The notes under the pieces are model-generated. The model saw only the letters and a list, made by a program, of their open reading frames with translations. It searched no databases and had not been told where the DNA came from. A program made the translations under genes and the position numbers. This document shows, one piece after another, positions 1 to 9,170 of a stretch of 64,000 bases of DNA. Source of the DNA: an uncultured delta proteobacterium (GTDB taxonomy: Bacteria; Desulfobacterota; Binatia; Binatales; Binataceae); contig CAWCDG010000004.1 in NCBI GenBank assembly GCA_963794325.1, positions 1,728,001 to 1,792,000 on the forward strand, in the 5' to 3' direction. The stretch's first letter is position 1. Every line of letters begins with the position of its first letter.

Positions 1-69
1 CGCCGCGCCCGTCTCTACTATCTGCGCGGACTGTCCGGCAAAGCGGCAAGGCTCGACACCGCGACCTGA
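1..69 (+). CDS. rplS: 50S ribosomal protein L19, C-terminal fragment (truncated by window edge)
   Basis: Frame 1 reads RRARLYYLRGLSGKAARLDTAT*, matching the L19 C-terminal motif RRAKLYYLR..GKAAR. Confidence 0.9.
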   Translation, partial: RRARLYYLRGLSGKAARLDTAT

Positions 70-88
70 GCGTCAAGCGCGTCCTCGT

Positions 89-490
89 TCATCGGTTGTT
101 GGAGGCTGCGGTCTGCTCGACGCGAATTCCGGTCATGCGAACGTCGCCTTCCAGGTAGGCGCCTTCGGATATCGCCAGGTTGCGTGTCTCGATATTTCCG
201 AAAACTTTGGCGCGCGGCCCGAGCACCACGCGATCGCATCCGACCAGGTCTCCGCGCAACTCGCCCATTATCAGTAGTCGCGGCGCGAAGACTTTGCCCT
301 CGATCATTCCTTCTTCGCCGACCACCACCAGATCGACCGAGCGGACCTCGCCGCGGAACCGTCCCTCGATTCTCACCGGCTCGTGAAAGATCAGTTTGCC
401 CGAGACGTTGACGTTGCGGCCGACTGCGACGCGGGTGCGCGCCTCGGCCCACGCCGCGCCTGCGTCCTGCGGTATCTGTGTTGATTCCAT
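89..490 (-). CDS. Bactofilin / polymer-forming cytoskeletal protein
   Basis: VGRNVNVSGKLIF..VRIEGRFRGEV..VVVGEEGMIEGKV..GNIET..LAISEGAYLEGDV beta-helix repeats; ATG at 490 just after the oppF stop. Confidence 0.85.
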   Translation of the reverse strand: MESTQIPQDAGAAWAEARTRVAVGRNVNVSGKLIFHEPVRIEGRFRGEVRSVDLVVVGEEGMIEGKVFAPRLLIMGELRGDLVGCDRVVLGPRAKVFGNIETRNLAISEGAYLEGDVRMTGIRVEQTAASNNR

Positions 491-494
491 GAAA

Positions 495-1520
495 CTACGG
501 GGCCGGGAATACGTGGCACGACACGGCGTGTCCACCGCGCCCGGTTTCTAATTTCGGTTCGACGTTTGTACAAACATCTTTCGCATAAGGGCATCTTGGA
601 TGGAAGGCACAGCCGGTCGGCGGGTTCATCGGGCTCGGCATCTCACCGGGCAGCTTGATGCGATCGGGCTTGTGCGCGGTGTCGATGGTCGGAATCGCTG
701 AGAGCAGCGCGCGCGTGTAGGGATGCCGCGGGTTCAGATAGATCTCGTCGCGCGATGCGATCTCGACAATCTTGCCGAGGTACATGATCGCGACGCGATT
801 GCTGATGTGCTCGACCACGCGCAAGTCGTGCGCGATGAACAGGTACGTCAGCTTCAGCTTGTCCTGCAGGTCCTGCAGCAGGTTGATTATCTGCGCCTGG
901 ATCGAGACGTCGAGCGCCGAGACCGGCTCGTCGAGCACCAGGAAGCGCGGGTTCACCGCGAGCGCCCGCGCGATTCCGATTCGCTGACGCTGCCCGCCGG
1001 AAAATTCGTGCGGCAGTCGATCCATCGCGTCGGCGCTCATCCCGACCATCGCGAGCAGCTCGGCGATTCGCCGCTCCTTTTCCACTCCGCGCGCGAGTTT
1101 GTGAATCTCGATTCCCTCGCCGACGATCGACCGCACCCGCATCCGCGGATTCAACGACGCGTACGGATCCTGGAACACCAGCTGCATCTGCTGGCGCAGC
1201 GTGCGAAGTTCCGCGCGGCCCAGCGTCGAGAGATCGCGGCCGTCGAAATAGACTTTGCCTTCGGTCGGCTCGAGCAGTTTCAGAATCAGTCGCCCCAGCG
1301 TCGATTTGCCCGAGCCCGATTCTCCGACCAATCCCAACGTTTCGCCCGGCTGGATCTCCAGGTTGACGCCCGCGACTGCTTTCACCGAAAGCTTTTTCCC
1401 GCCGATGATGCTCGTCGATCCCGCCGGAAACTCCTTGCTGAGATTCACGACGCGAACCAGCGGCGCGGTGGACGCGCTCGCGACAGGCGCGATCGGGTTA
1501 GGCGCGGATGCAGGCGACAT
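495..1520 (-). CDS. oppF: Oligo/dipeptide ABC transporter ATP-binding protein (OppF/DppF)
   Basis: Walker [31 protein letters not shown]-terminal GCAFHPRCP Fe-S motif. Confidence 0.93.
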   Translation of the reverse strand: MSPASAPNPIAPVASASTAPLVRVVNLSKEFPAGSTSIIGGKKLSVKAVAGVNLEIQPGETLGLVGESGSGKSTLGRLILKLLEPTEGKVYFDGRDLSTLGRAELRTLRQQMQLVFQDPYASLNPRMRVRSIVGEGIEIHKLARGVEKERRIAELLAMVGMSADAMDRLPHEFSGGQRQRIGIARALAVNPRFLVLDEPVSALDVSIQAQIINLLQDLQDKLKLTYLFIAHDLRVVEHISNRVAIMYLGKIVEIASRDEIYLNPRHPYTRALLSAIPTIDTAHKPDRIKLPGEMPSPMNPPTGCAFHPRCPYAKDVCTNVEPKLETGRGGHAVSCHVFPAP

Positions 1521-2460
1521 AGTGATTGGGGGCCTTTTGTTCGAGCGGTGGATCGGCTTCGGAGCATTTGGGGATTGCGCGCGGGCATCGCGGATGGAAT
1601 CGGCAGCCTGACGGCGGACGCAACGAGCTCGGAATCGAGCCGGGGATCGCCTGCAAGCGATGGTGTCGAGTGCCGTCGATGCCCGGAATCGATCCGAGCA
1701 AACCGAGCGTGTACGGGTTGAGCGGATTTTGAAACAGATCGGCAGTCGGCGCCTGCTCCATCACGCGCGCCGCGTAGAGAATCGTCACGTCGTCGGCATA
1801 CTCGGCGACGATTCCGAGATCGTGGGTGACGAGTATCACGGCGAGGCCGAGCCGGACCTGCAGTTCGCGGATCAGGTCGAGAATCTGCGCCTGGATGGTG
1901 ACGTCGAGCGCGGTGGTCGGCTCGTCGGCAATCAGCAGGCGCGGATTGCACGACAGCGCCATCGCGATCATCACGCGCTGACGCATCCCGCCGGACAACT
2001 GATGCGGGTAGTCGTCGATGCGATGCTCGGGGTCGGCAATCCCGACCATCCGGAGCGCCTCGATCGTGCGATTACGGGTCTCGGCGCGATTGGTGTGCTG
2101 ATGCAGCCGGACCGCCTCGCCAATCTGGCTGCCGATGGTGAAGACGGGATTCAGCGAGGTCATCGGCTCCTGGAAGATCATTGCGATGCGCGCGCCGCGA
2201 ACGTGGCGCATCTCGGGCTCGCTCAGCTTCAGCAGATCCTGATCCTCGAAAATCACTTCGCCGCCGACGATGCGCGCCGACTCCGGCAGCAGCCGCATGA
2301 TCGAGAGCATCGACGCCGACTTGCCCGAGCCCGACTCGCCAACGATTCCCAGCAGCTTCCCCGGCTCGACCGAAAAACTAACGCCGTCGACCGCGCGCAC
2401 CTCTCCCGCGTCGGTAAAAAACGAAGTGCGCAGCGATTTAACTTCGAGCAGAGGCTTCAC
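1498..2460 (-). CDS. oppD: Oligo/dipeptide ABC transporter ATP-binding protein (OppD/DppD)
   Basis: [55 protein letters not shown]. Confidence 0.93.
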   Translation of the reverse strand: MKPLLEVKSLRTSFFTDAGEVRAVDGVSFSVEPGKLLGIVGESGSGKSASMLSIMRLLPESARIVGGEVIFEDQDLLKLSEPEMRHVRGARIAMIFQEPMTSLNPVFTIGSQIGEAVRLHQHTNRAETRNRTIEALRMVGIADPEHRIDDYPHQLSGGMRQRVMIAMALSCNPRLLIADEPTTALDVTIQAQILDLIRELQVRLGLAVILVTHDLGIVAEYADDVTILYAARVMEQAPTADLFQNPLNPYTLGLLGSIPGIDGTRHHRLQAIPGSIPSSLRPPSGCRFHPRCPRAIPKCSEADPPLEQKAPNHYVACIRA

Positions 2461-2479
2461 GTGAGGTTCAGCGTATCAT

Positions 2480-2731
2480 CGCCGCGCCGCAGCCATCCAG
2501 ACGGATGCGACGTGGGGGAGTGGGGAAGGGGAAATCACTTTATCAAATGTGAAACCCGCGTACCGACGCGCGTCCGGTTCCCCTTCCCGCTCGGGAAGGG
2601 GTCAGGGGTTAGGTTCTTCGGCAGGGGTGACCCCTGCACCCAGTGATAAAGTGAAAAGTGAAAAGTGAGAAGCGCGAAATGTTGAGGACAACCGCTTCTG
2701 TTCCCCTTTCCCGCAGGAAAGGGGGAACAGA
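2480..2731. repeat. Composite intergenic repeat cluster: family F1 element interrupted by an F2 copy, AAAGTGA heptamer run, F3 hairpin
   Basis: 2492-2560 is identical to 8533-8601; GGCAGGGGTGACCCCTGCACC core; CCGGTTCCCCTTCCC..GGGAAGGGGTCAGGGGTTAGG; hairpin TCTGTTCCCCTTTCC..GGAAAGGGGGAACAGA. Confidence 0.85.
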
Positions 2732-2771
2732 AGCCACACGGTCGCGACCGAGTAAAATCCGCTGGCGATAA

Positions 2772-4037
2772 CTATTGAACCTGGTGGACGATAGAGCTCA
2801 CGAGGAAAATTGCGAGCGTGTTGGAACCGAATTCCGTCAGATAGAGCAATCGGTGGTCGGGCGATTCGGCCCATTGGCGCGGGAACACACCCGCATCGAA
2901 AGTGCCCACCGTCGCCGCGGCGCCGCCGCTTTTCAGCGCCGTTTCGAAATCGAGAATGCTGACCGTGCCGCCGGCCCCGACACACATATCGAATCGGTTC
3001 GTATTCGCCACCGCCATCAAACGCTTACTGAAAAAAGGCTGAGCGCCATCGGGTTCGATTCCTACCGGCGTGGTCGACAAGAGCGCATTGGTGGGATCGC
3101 TGATGAACTTGCTGGTGTCGAAAGCGAGCAGACTGTCAGAGTCACGCGCGGAAACCCATGCTACCGTATCGTTGTTCGTCAGAATGACCCGCGTCGGGGA
3201 GCATCCGGCCGGAATAGTCGCCATTACCTTGCCACTGTGGATATCCACCACCGACAATGTCCCGGGGGGACCGGGATTCATGACCGGGAGACAGCCGTCA
3301 CTGGCAATCTCGCAAGAGTTCTCGCCCGATAGCGCTTTCTCATTGGTGACGTAGAGACTACGGCCGTTGGCGGAGACCGCGAGTCCGACCGGCGCGCGGT
3401 CAACCAGGATTGTGCCGACGATCGGTTTTGGGCCCTTGCCGGAGGCGAAGGCGAGCGCCTGCTTGAAATCGATCGCACTGACGGTATCGGGATCGCTATC
3501 CTTCTTGCCGGCAAACTCATTGGCTACGAAGATAATTCCGTTTTCGCCGGTTCTCTTGTCGACCGAAATTGCCACCTCGATCGCACTGGAATCGGTATGT
3601 ATCGTTCCCATCGCGGCCTTGGAATCGTCGGCAATCGCCTTTCGCACATCGATAAACTGCACTCCGTCGGAAGTTCCGCCGGAAGGACACGATTTGCCTT
3701 GCTGGACCGTAACCAGCAGATAGCGCCCACCCTTGCTCATCGCCATGCCATGGGCAGAGCCGCAAGTCGAGATGATGCCTTTGATGGTCGCGGAATTTTT
3801 CCTCTGCCGGATTACCTCGACGCCGCCGGTGGTTGTCGTAATGACCATCGAGACAAAGACGTAGCGCCCATCTGCGGTTGTGACCGCCGCGAATGGAGAG
3901 CCCGGCAAGGGAATTTGCTGCTGGACCGGATTGATAGTTTGAGCGGACGAAGGATCCGAAATGCCTGGAATCGCCGCGCACAAAATGATGGCGCTCAATA
4001 CCACGCGGGACCACTTGAATTTATTTGATGATGACAT
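2772..4037 (-). CDS. Secreted YVTN/YncE-like beta-propeller protein
   Basis: Signal peptide; repeats such as PVGLAVSANGRSLYVTN, IFVANE, LYLTEFGSNTL. Confidence 0.75.
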   Translation of the reverse strand: MSSSNKFKWSRVVLSAIILCAAIPGISDPSSAQTINPVQQQIPLPGSPFAAVTTADGRYVFVSMVITTTTGGVEVIRQRKNSATIKGIISTCGSAHGMAMSKGGRYLLVTVQQGKSCPSGGTSDGVQFIDVRKAIADDSKAAMGTIHTDSSAIEVAISVDKRTGENGIIFVANEFAGKKDSDPDTVSAIDFKQALAFASGKGPKPIVGTILVDRAPVGLAVSANGRSLYVTNEKALSGENSCEIASDGCLPVMNPGPPGTLSVVDIHSGKVMATIPAGCSPTRVILTNNDTVAWVSARDSDSLLAFDTSKFISDPTNALLSTTPVGIEPDGAQPFFSKRLMAVANTNRFDMCVGAGGTVSILDFETALKSGGAAATVGTFDAGVFPRQWAESPDHRLLYLTEFGSNTLAIFLVSSIVHQVQ

Positions 4038-4115
4038 TCCCTCTTTGCGGCGAATTTTCGTTTCTGAGATTCGATCCTGCGATATGTAGCCGTTGGGGCA
4101 GTTGCGGCGGTCCCT

Positions 4116-4250
4116 CTACGGCAGGCAGACCGTCGCGGGCGGAGTTTGCTGGAGGCAGGCGACTATCGGCGTCAGGCCCGGAGCCGCCACTCCGACCAGT
4201 TCGGTTACGTTGGCGCCCTCGGAGTTCGGCACCCAGACGTTGCCCGAGCC
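4116..4250 (-). pseudogene. Remnant C-terminus of an NHL-repeat-like secreted protein
   Basis: Minus frame reads GSGNVWVPNSEGANVTELVGVAAPGLTPIVACLQQTPPATVCLP*; no 5' portion because the dsbA-like gene ends at 4267. Confidence 0.55.
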
Positions 4251-4266
4251 AGCAGGTCGCGGGCCG

Positions 4267-5037
4267 TTAATTCTTGGCGGTCGGCCCCTGCTTTAGCAAC
4301 TCCTGGATCTTGGCGTCGAATTGCTGGTAAGGCATCGCACCGACGATGCGGACCCCGTTGAGGTTGCCATTCTGTACGTGCCCCAAGACGAACGAAGGGG
4401 TTCCCGTAATGCCCGCAGCTGTCCCTTCGGCGATGTCTTTGTCGATCACTGCCTTGTACTTGTCCGAATCGACACAGGCCTTGAACTTGGTGACATCGAG
4501 CGACGACTTCCCGGCGTCATCGAGTATTTTGTCGGCTTGTAGCTGGCCCGAATTGGCGAATATCGTCTGGCGCATTTCCCAATATTTTCCCTGCTCGGCG
4601 GCACACCGACCGGCAACCGCGGCGCGCCGCGCATTCTCGTGGAATTCGAGCGGGAAGTCGCGGCTCACGAATCGGAGCTTGCCGGTGTCGATGTAGTTGG
4701 TCTTGATCTGCGCGAACGCGCCGCTCTGAAAGCGCTGGCAGAACGGGCACTGGTAGTCGGTGTATTCGACCAGGACCAGCGGCGCGTTATCGCTGCCGAC
4801 CGATAATCCGCCAGCGGGAAATGCATAGCTCACTTTGCTGTCTACGGGGCCACCCGGCGCGGGCGCGGTCGGCACCAAGGGGCGCTGCTCGAGGTCTTTG
4901 CGAATCGCCTTGAGCTCCTCGATTATTTGCTGCGCCTGCTCCGACGTAATGCTGTCAGCGGCCGCAGGTAGCGCACAAAAAAACAGCGCCACTACCGCAG
5001 CGAGTCCAATTACGCGTCGCCAGGTCTCGTTCATCAT
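4267..5037 (-). CDS. DsbA-family (thioredoxin-fold) thiol-disulfide oxidoreductase, exported
   Basis: Signal peptide, EYTDYQCPFC active site, RDFPL, GITGTPSF cis-Pro motif. Confidence 0.88.
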   Translation of the reverse strand: MMNETWRRVIGLAAVVALFFCALPAAADSITSEQAQQIIEELKAIRKDLEQRPLVPTAPAPGGPVDSKVSYAFPAGGLSVGSDNAPLVLVEYTDYQCPFCQRFQSGAFAQIKTNYIDTGKLRFVSRDFPLEFHENARRAAVAGRCAAEQGKYWEMRQTIFANSGQLQADKILDDAGKSSLDVTKFKACVDSDKYKAVIDKDIAEGTAAGITGTPSFVLGHVQNGNLNGVRIVGAMPYQQFDAKIQELLKQGPTAKN

Positions 5038-5374
5038 TGTCCATCCGTTTTGGTTGGTGATTCACTCCGCCGCTCCTCGCGAACCGGCGGAGCCGCCGGG
5101 TGACATACACATTTAAGGCGCGGCCTGACCCACCATTACTCCACCTTACACATAGCGACGGGTCGCTGCACTCACGATTGGGAGATAACAGTATTTTGTT
5201 TGTCATAACAGCACCCTTTTGCTAAAGCAACTGTCGAAACCTCAAGACGTAGGAATCGAGTCCTAAAACGTCTGCGGCTCGCGCGGGAAGCACGACGGCT
5301 TCGCCTCCCCCAAACGCACCAGCCCTCACCTCATCACCTGCAGCAAGTGAGGTAGTGCCTTTTCGGAGGGAGCT

Positions 5375-8300
5375 ATGACTCGCATCGGAATCGTCGTGAC
5401 TCGCTTGTTCGCGTTCACCTGCCTATTCTTCGCCGCGCTGTTGCTCATCACCGCTTGCACGGCGCTCGCAGAAAGCGACTGCAAGCCCGCGGCTCCGCTG
5501 CCGCAATCGAAGTGCAACAAGGATGCGCAATGTTGCACGGGCCTGGTTTGCGGGCCGGCTGGCAGTTCTCAAAATAATGCGACGACCCAATGCCAGCCAG
5601 GCTGCCGCATCGACGGCGTGTTCTATGCGAGCGGCGCCGTCAACGCCACACAGTGCCAGAGCTGCCAGCCCGCAGTGAGCACGAAGGCATGGAGTGATCT
5701 GGGCAACGGCACGAGCTGTAACGACCACAACGCCTGTACCCAGACCGACACATGCCAAGCTGGAGCGTGCGTCGGCAGCAAACCAATCGTCTGCACCGCC
5801 TCCGACCAGTGCCACACCGCCGGGACGTGTAATCCCAGTACGGGCGTGTGCTCGAACCCCGACAAGACCAACGGCACGACCTGTAACGACGGCAACGCCT
5901 GCACCCAGACCGACACCTGCCAGAGCGGCACGTGCGCAGGCAGCAACCCGGTCGTCTGCACCGCCTCCGACCAGTGCCACGTCGCGGGAACCTGTAACTC
6001 CAGCACGGGGGTGTGCTCGAACCCCAACAAGACCGACGGCACCGCTTGCAACGACAACAACGCCTGCACGAGCAACGACGTGTGCACCGGCGGCAGCTGC
6101 GCCGGTACCGCCGTCACCTGTACGGCATCTGACCAGTGCCACGGCGCGGGCACGTGCAATCCGCAGACCGGGTGCTCGAACCCGCCGCTAGCCAACGGCA
6201 CAGCATGCAACGACGGCAACGCCTGCACGAGCAACGACGTCTGCACCGGCGGCAGCTGCGCCGGCGCCGCCGTCACCTGTACGGCATCTGACCAGTGCCA
6301 CGGCGCGGGCACGTGCAATCCGCAGACCGGGTGCTCGAACCCGCCGCTAGCCAACGGCACGGCATGCAACGACAACAACGCCTGCACGAGCAACGACGTG
6401 TGCACCGGCGGCAGCTGCGCCGGCACCGCCGTCACCTGTACGGCGTCTGACCAGTGCCACACGGCCGGGACGTGTGACCCCAGCACCGGCGCGTGCTCGA
6501 ACCCAGTGGCGGCCAGCGGCACGACCTGCGTCAACGCCAACGATTGCGTTTCGGGCACCGCCACCTGCAACGGATCGGGACAGTGTATCGGGGGCACCAA
6601 TGTCGCAAACGGCACTTCCTGCAATGGCGGTAACCTTTGTTTGACAGGCGGAAAGTGCTCGACGGGAACGTGCAGCGGCGGCACCCCTACGATTTGCTCC
6701 GGTCAAGACGCATGCCACACGGCTGCCACTTGTAATCCAGCTGATGGAACCTGTGCTGCCGCCACCCCGATAGCAGATGGCCAGACCTGCAATAGCGTCG
6801 CTTGTCAGGTAGGCGGAACATGCACGGCCGGTGCGTGCAGCGGCGATAAGGCGGCGGCAGGGGGCAAGAAGGTCCTTTGTCGCCCGGCTGCAGTTGGGGC
6901 AGACGGCACGACCTGTGATGTTCCTGAATATTGCGATGGTACGAATGTAACCTGTCCGGCAGATGGTTACGTACCTGCGGGCACGCTTTGCCGAGCCATT
7001 GGGACTAATCCATCTTTTTCTACATACAATCTTTGTGACCAGGCAGAATATTGTACCGGGACGTCGAACGCTTGCCCGGCCGATACCGGCCTCGCGCTTG
7101 GTGTAGCGTGCGGAGGCGTGGGCTGCACTTCGACGGGATTTTGCCAAGGACGTTGCGGTGGAGTTAACGGGATTGGTACCATTGCATGCAGCAGCGATAA
7201 TGATTGCATGGGTCAGCCCGCAACCCGAACCCAATGTCTCCCGAGTACATTTGACCACGGCCTGCTGAAATGTAGCGGCGGATTCAGCGAGCCCAACGGC
7301 CATACATGCACCGACAGCAATAGCGACGCTGGGACATGCGCAGATGGTCTTTGCAAAACGAGCTTTTGCAGCTACGACATCATGTGCCCTGATGGATACG
7401 TCTGTGACTCAAACCATGGTTGCGTCCTAGCTACTGCTGGTGGTTTGGGCGTCTCATGCACCGGTGACCCCACCGGCGCCACCGTCTCCGGTACCTGCGG
7501 CTTTGATCCTGAGATCGGTACGAAAGACGACTGCTGCGCCGGGATGCAGGGAACCGGCCAAGGTGCCGCCGCAGGCCCTAACGTGTCTGGGCGCTGCGAG
7601 CAGTGCTGCAATAGCAGTACGTCAGTTAGTAGTGTTGTGAGTTGTGGTACTGACGATGTAACCCAGTGCTGTAACGGCAGATGCGCCGACACCGCCCACG
7701 ACATCGACAACTGCGGCGGCTGTGCATATACCCCCCCCAGCCTCGGCGGCGGCACCAATTGCAATGAACTCCTCAGTGCTTGCTCCCCGAGTGCGACATG
7801 CAACCCGGATAATGGCGGCTGCATTTTGTCGGACGCTTGTGGCAGCACCACGGACGGGGGCCCGAATATTTGCCAAATCCCGACAGTGACGGTTACGAAC
7901 TCCGCTTGTAGCGAATGCTACGCGACGAGCCTCACCGAGGTCGCAGCACTTGGAGTGACTTTTGGCAGGAATTGTAGCACGGATGCTGATTGCCAGGGCG
8001 TTGCTGGGGCGTGCCGATTCTTCACGAGCTTCTGTGATGCAAACAGCGTGTCACCTGGCTTGGGCTGCTCCTCGAGCACTGGTTGCAGGAATGCGACTTT
8101 TAGCCAAGGTGCATGCAATGTCAATTTCACGTGCCTAACCACACTCGGGGTTACAACTTCTATCGCACCTGAGTGCACCACTTCGCCTTACACGTCCTGC
8201 GGGCTGATTTGTGCTACTGGAACTTTAAGCCAGGGGAACATCGGGACCCAATGTAGCGTAGATTCCGATTGCACCAGTGGACCGGACGGGTACCCCGGAG

Positions 8301-8440
8301 AGCGGTGTGAACTGACCAGCTGTCCAATTTCCCCTGGCGCGGCGCTGGCCACGTCCGGCGGCCCAGTGGCAGCTCAGTGCTTAATTAATGCCACCTACAC
8401 CTGCCAGATACCTCTAGGAGGCGATCAATTCCAGCAGTGA
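5375..8440 (+). CDS. Large secreted cysteine-rich repeat protein (CNDxNACT repeats, disintegrin-like and Stig1-like motifs)
   Basis: 1021-aa ORF, RBS GGAGG, signal peptide; five tandem 53-55 aa Cys repeats; CR..CDVPEYCDG..CPAD twice; CCNGRCAD...DNCGGC. Confidence 0.85.
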   Translation: MTRIGIVVTRLFAFTCLFFAALLLITACTALAESDCKPAAPLPQSKCNKDAQCCTGLVCGPAGSSQNNATTQCQPGCRIDGVFYASGAVNATQCQSCQPAVSTKAWSDLGNGTSCNDHNACTQTDTCQAGACVGSKPIVCTASDQCHTAGTCNPSTGVCSNPDKTNGTTCNDGNACTQTDTCQSGTCAGSNPVVCTASDQCHVAGTCNSSTGVCSNPNKTDGTACNDNNACTSNDVCTGGSCAGTAVTCTASDQCHGAGTCNPQTGCSNPPLANGTACNDGNACTSNDVCTGGSCAGAAVTCTASDQCHGAGTCNPQTGCSNPPLANGTACNDNNACTSNDVCTGGSCAGTAVTCTASDQCHTAGTCDPSTGACSNPVAASGTTCVNANDCVSGTATCNGSGQCIGGTNVANGTSCNGGNLCLTGGKCSTGTCSGGTPTICSGQDACHTAATCNPADGTCAAATPIADGQTCNSVACQVGGTCTAGACSGDKAAAGGKKVLCRPAAVGADGTTCDVPEYCDGTNVTCPADGYVPAGTLCRAIGTNPSFSTYNLCDQAEYCTGTSNACPADTGLALGVACGGVGCTSTGFCQGRCGGVNGIGTIACSSDNDCMGQPATRTQCLPSTFDHGLLKCSGGFSEPNGHTCTDSNSDAGTCADGLCKTSFCSYDIMCPDGYVCDSNHGCVLATAGGLGVSCTGDPTGATVSGTCGFDPEIGTKDDCCAGMQGTGQGAAAGPNVSGRCEQCCNSSTSVSSVVSCGTDDVTQCCNGRCADTAHDIDNCGGCAYTPPSLGGGTNCNELLSACSPSATCNPDNGGCILSDACGSTTDGGPNICQIPTVTVTNSACSECYATSLTEVAALGVTFGRNCSTDADCQGVAGACRFFTSFCDANSVSPGLGCSSSTGCRNATFSQGACNVNFTCLTTLGVTTSIAPECTTSPYTSCGLICATGTLSQGNIGTQCSVDSDCTSGPDGYPGERCELTSCPISPGAALATSGGPVAAQCLINATYTCQIPLGGDQFQQ
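5717..6520 (+). repeat. Intragenic tandem repeat, five units (165,165,159,159 bp periods)
   Basis: Unit starts at 5717, 5882, 6047, 6206 and 6365; units 3-5 are nearly identical at DNA level. Confidence 0.9.
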
Positions 8441-8470
8441 GTGACTAATTCAGACAAGCGGTCGTGCATT

Positions 8471-8517
8471 ACCAGGTTGACTCTTACGCGACAAGAACGC
8501 GTAAGAGTCAACCTGGT
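8471..8517. terminator. Perfect 20-bp stem hairpin downstream of the Cys-rich gene (terminator or MITE-like)
   Basis: ACCAGGTTGACTCTTACGCG-N7-CGCGTAAGAGTCAACCTGGT; no clear U-tract. Confidence 0.5.
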
Positions 8518-8520
8518 GCT

Positions 8521-8970
8521 CGCCGCGACGCCGCCATCCAGACGGATGCGACGTGGGGGAGTGGGGAAGGGGAAATCACTTTATCAAATGTGAAACCCGC
8601 GGTGGGTTTCACACTTCCTTCGGCAGGGGTGACCCCTGCAACCAGTATCCTACAACCGGTTCCCCTTCCCGCTCGGGAAGGGGTTAGGGGTTAGGTTCTT
8701 CGTGCGTGCGCGCGATTCCGAATACCTCGCCCGTTACTTTACGGGAGAGGCGGCCGGCGGGCGCAGCCGCCGGTAGGTGAGGGTTCCGGGCCACATCGCA
8801 AGAGCTGGCCTAATGACTTTTTGTGTCATTCTTGAGCGCTTCTGGATAACTCCGCTTTCACCAGCCGAAGCCCTGAGCCCAGCCGAGCGGGGAAGAATCC
8901 CGGATTCTTCTTTGCCTCGCTCACTGAAGGGGAGCCGTCGCGACGCGCGTCCGCGTGCGGCGAGTGAGGG
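8521..8970. repeat. Cluster of palindromic repeats (F1, F2, CCCTCACC-type twice, GTCATTC-type)
   Basis: F1 8521-8646; F2 about 8656-8697; CCTCGCCC..GGGAGAGG..GGTGAGGG 8725-8783; TGTGTCATTC..GAAGAATCCC 8822-8902; CCTCGCTC..GAGTGAGGG 8915-8970. Confidence 0.8.
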
Positions 8971-9170
8971 ACGTTTGCGCGGCGCGATTGTCTCGCGCGT
9001 CGCGATCAGATCCCAAGCTAAATACGAACGTTTGACGTGCGAGAAGTAAAATCAAGGCAAGCAGTTGCCTCGTCACAAAATCGCTGAGGTTTCAGTGGCC
9101 GAATGTTTCAGAACCGTACATCGCACGCGGGAAGGTTGCTCAGTGTATAATTCTGAACCCTAACGCGCCT

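Noticed and set aside
5240-5370. Riboswitch (e.g. c-di-GMP) in the Cys-rich gene leader
   Set aside because: Hairpins are present but I cannot match conserved aptamer nucleotides; an Infernal/Rfam search would be needed.
5717-8440. Diversity-generating retroelement acting on the Cys-rich gene
   Set aside because: No reverse transcriptase, and repeat differences are not adenine-specific template/variable pairs.
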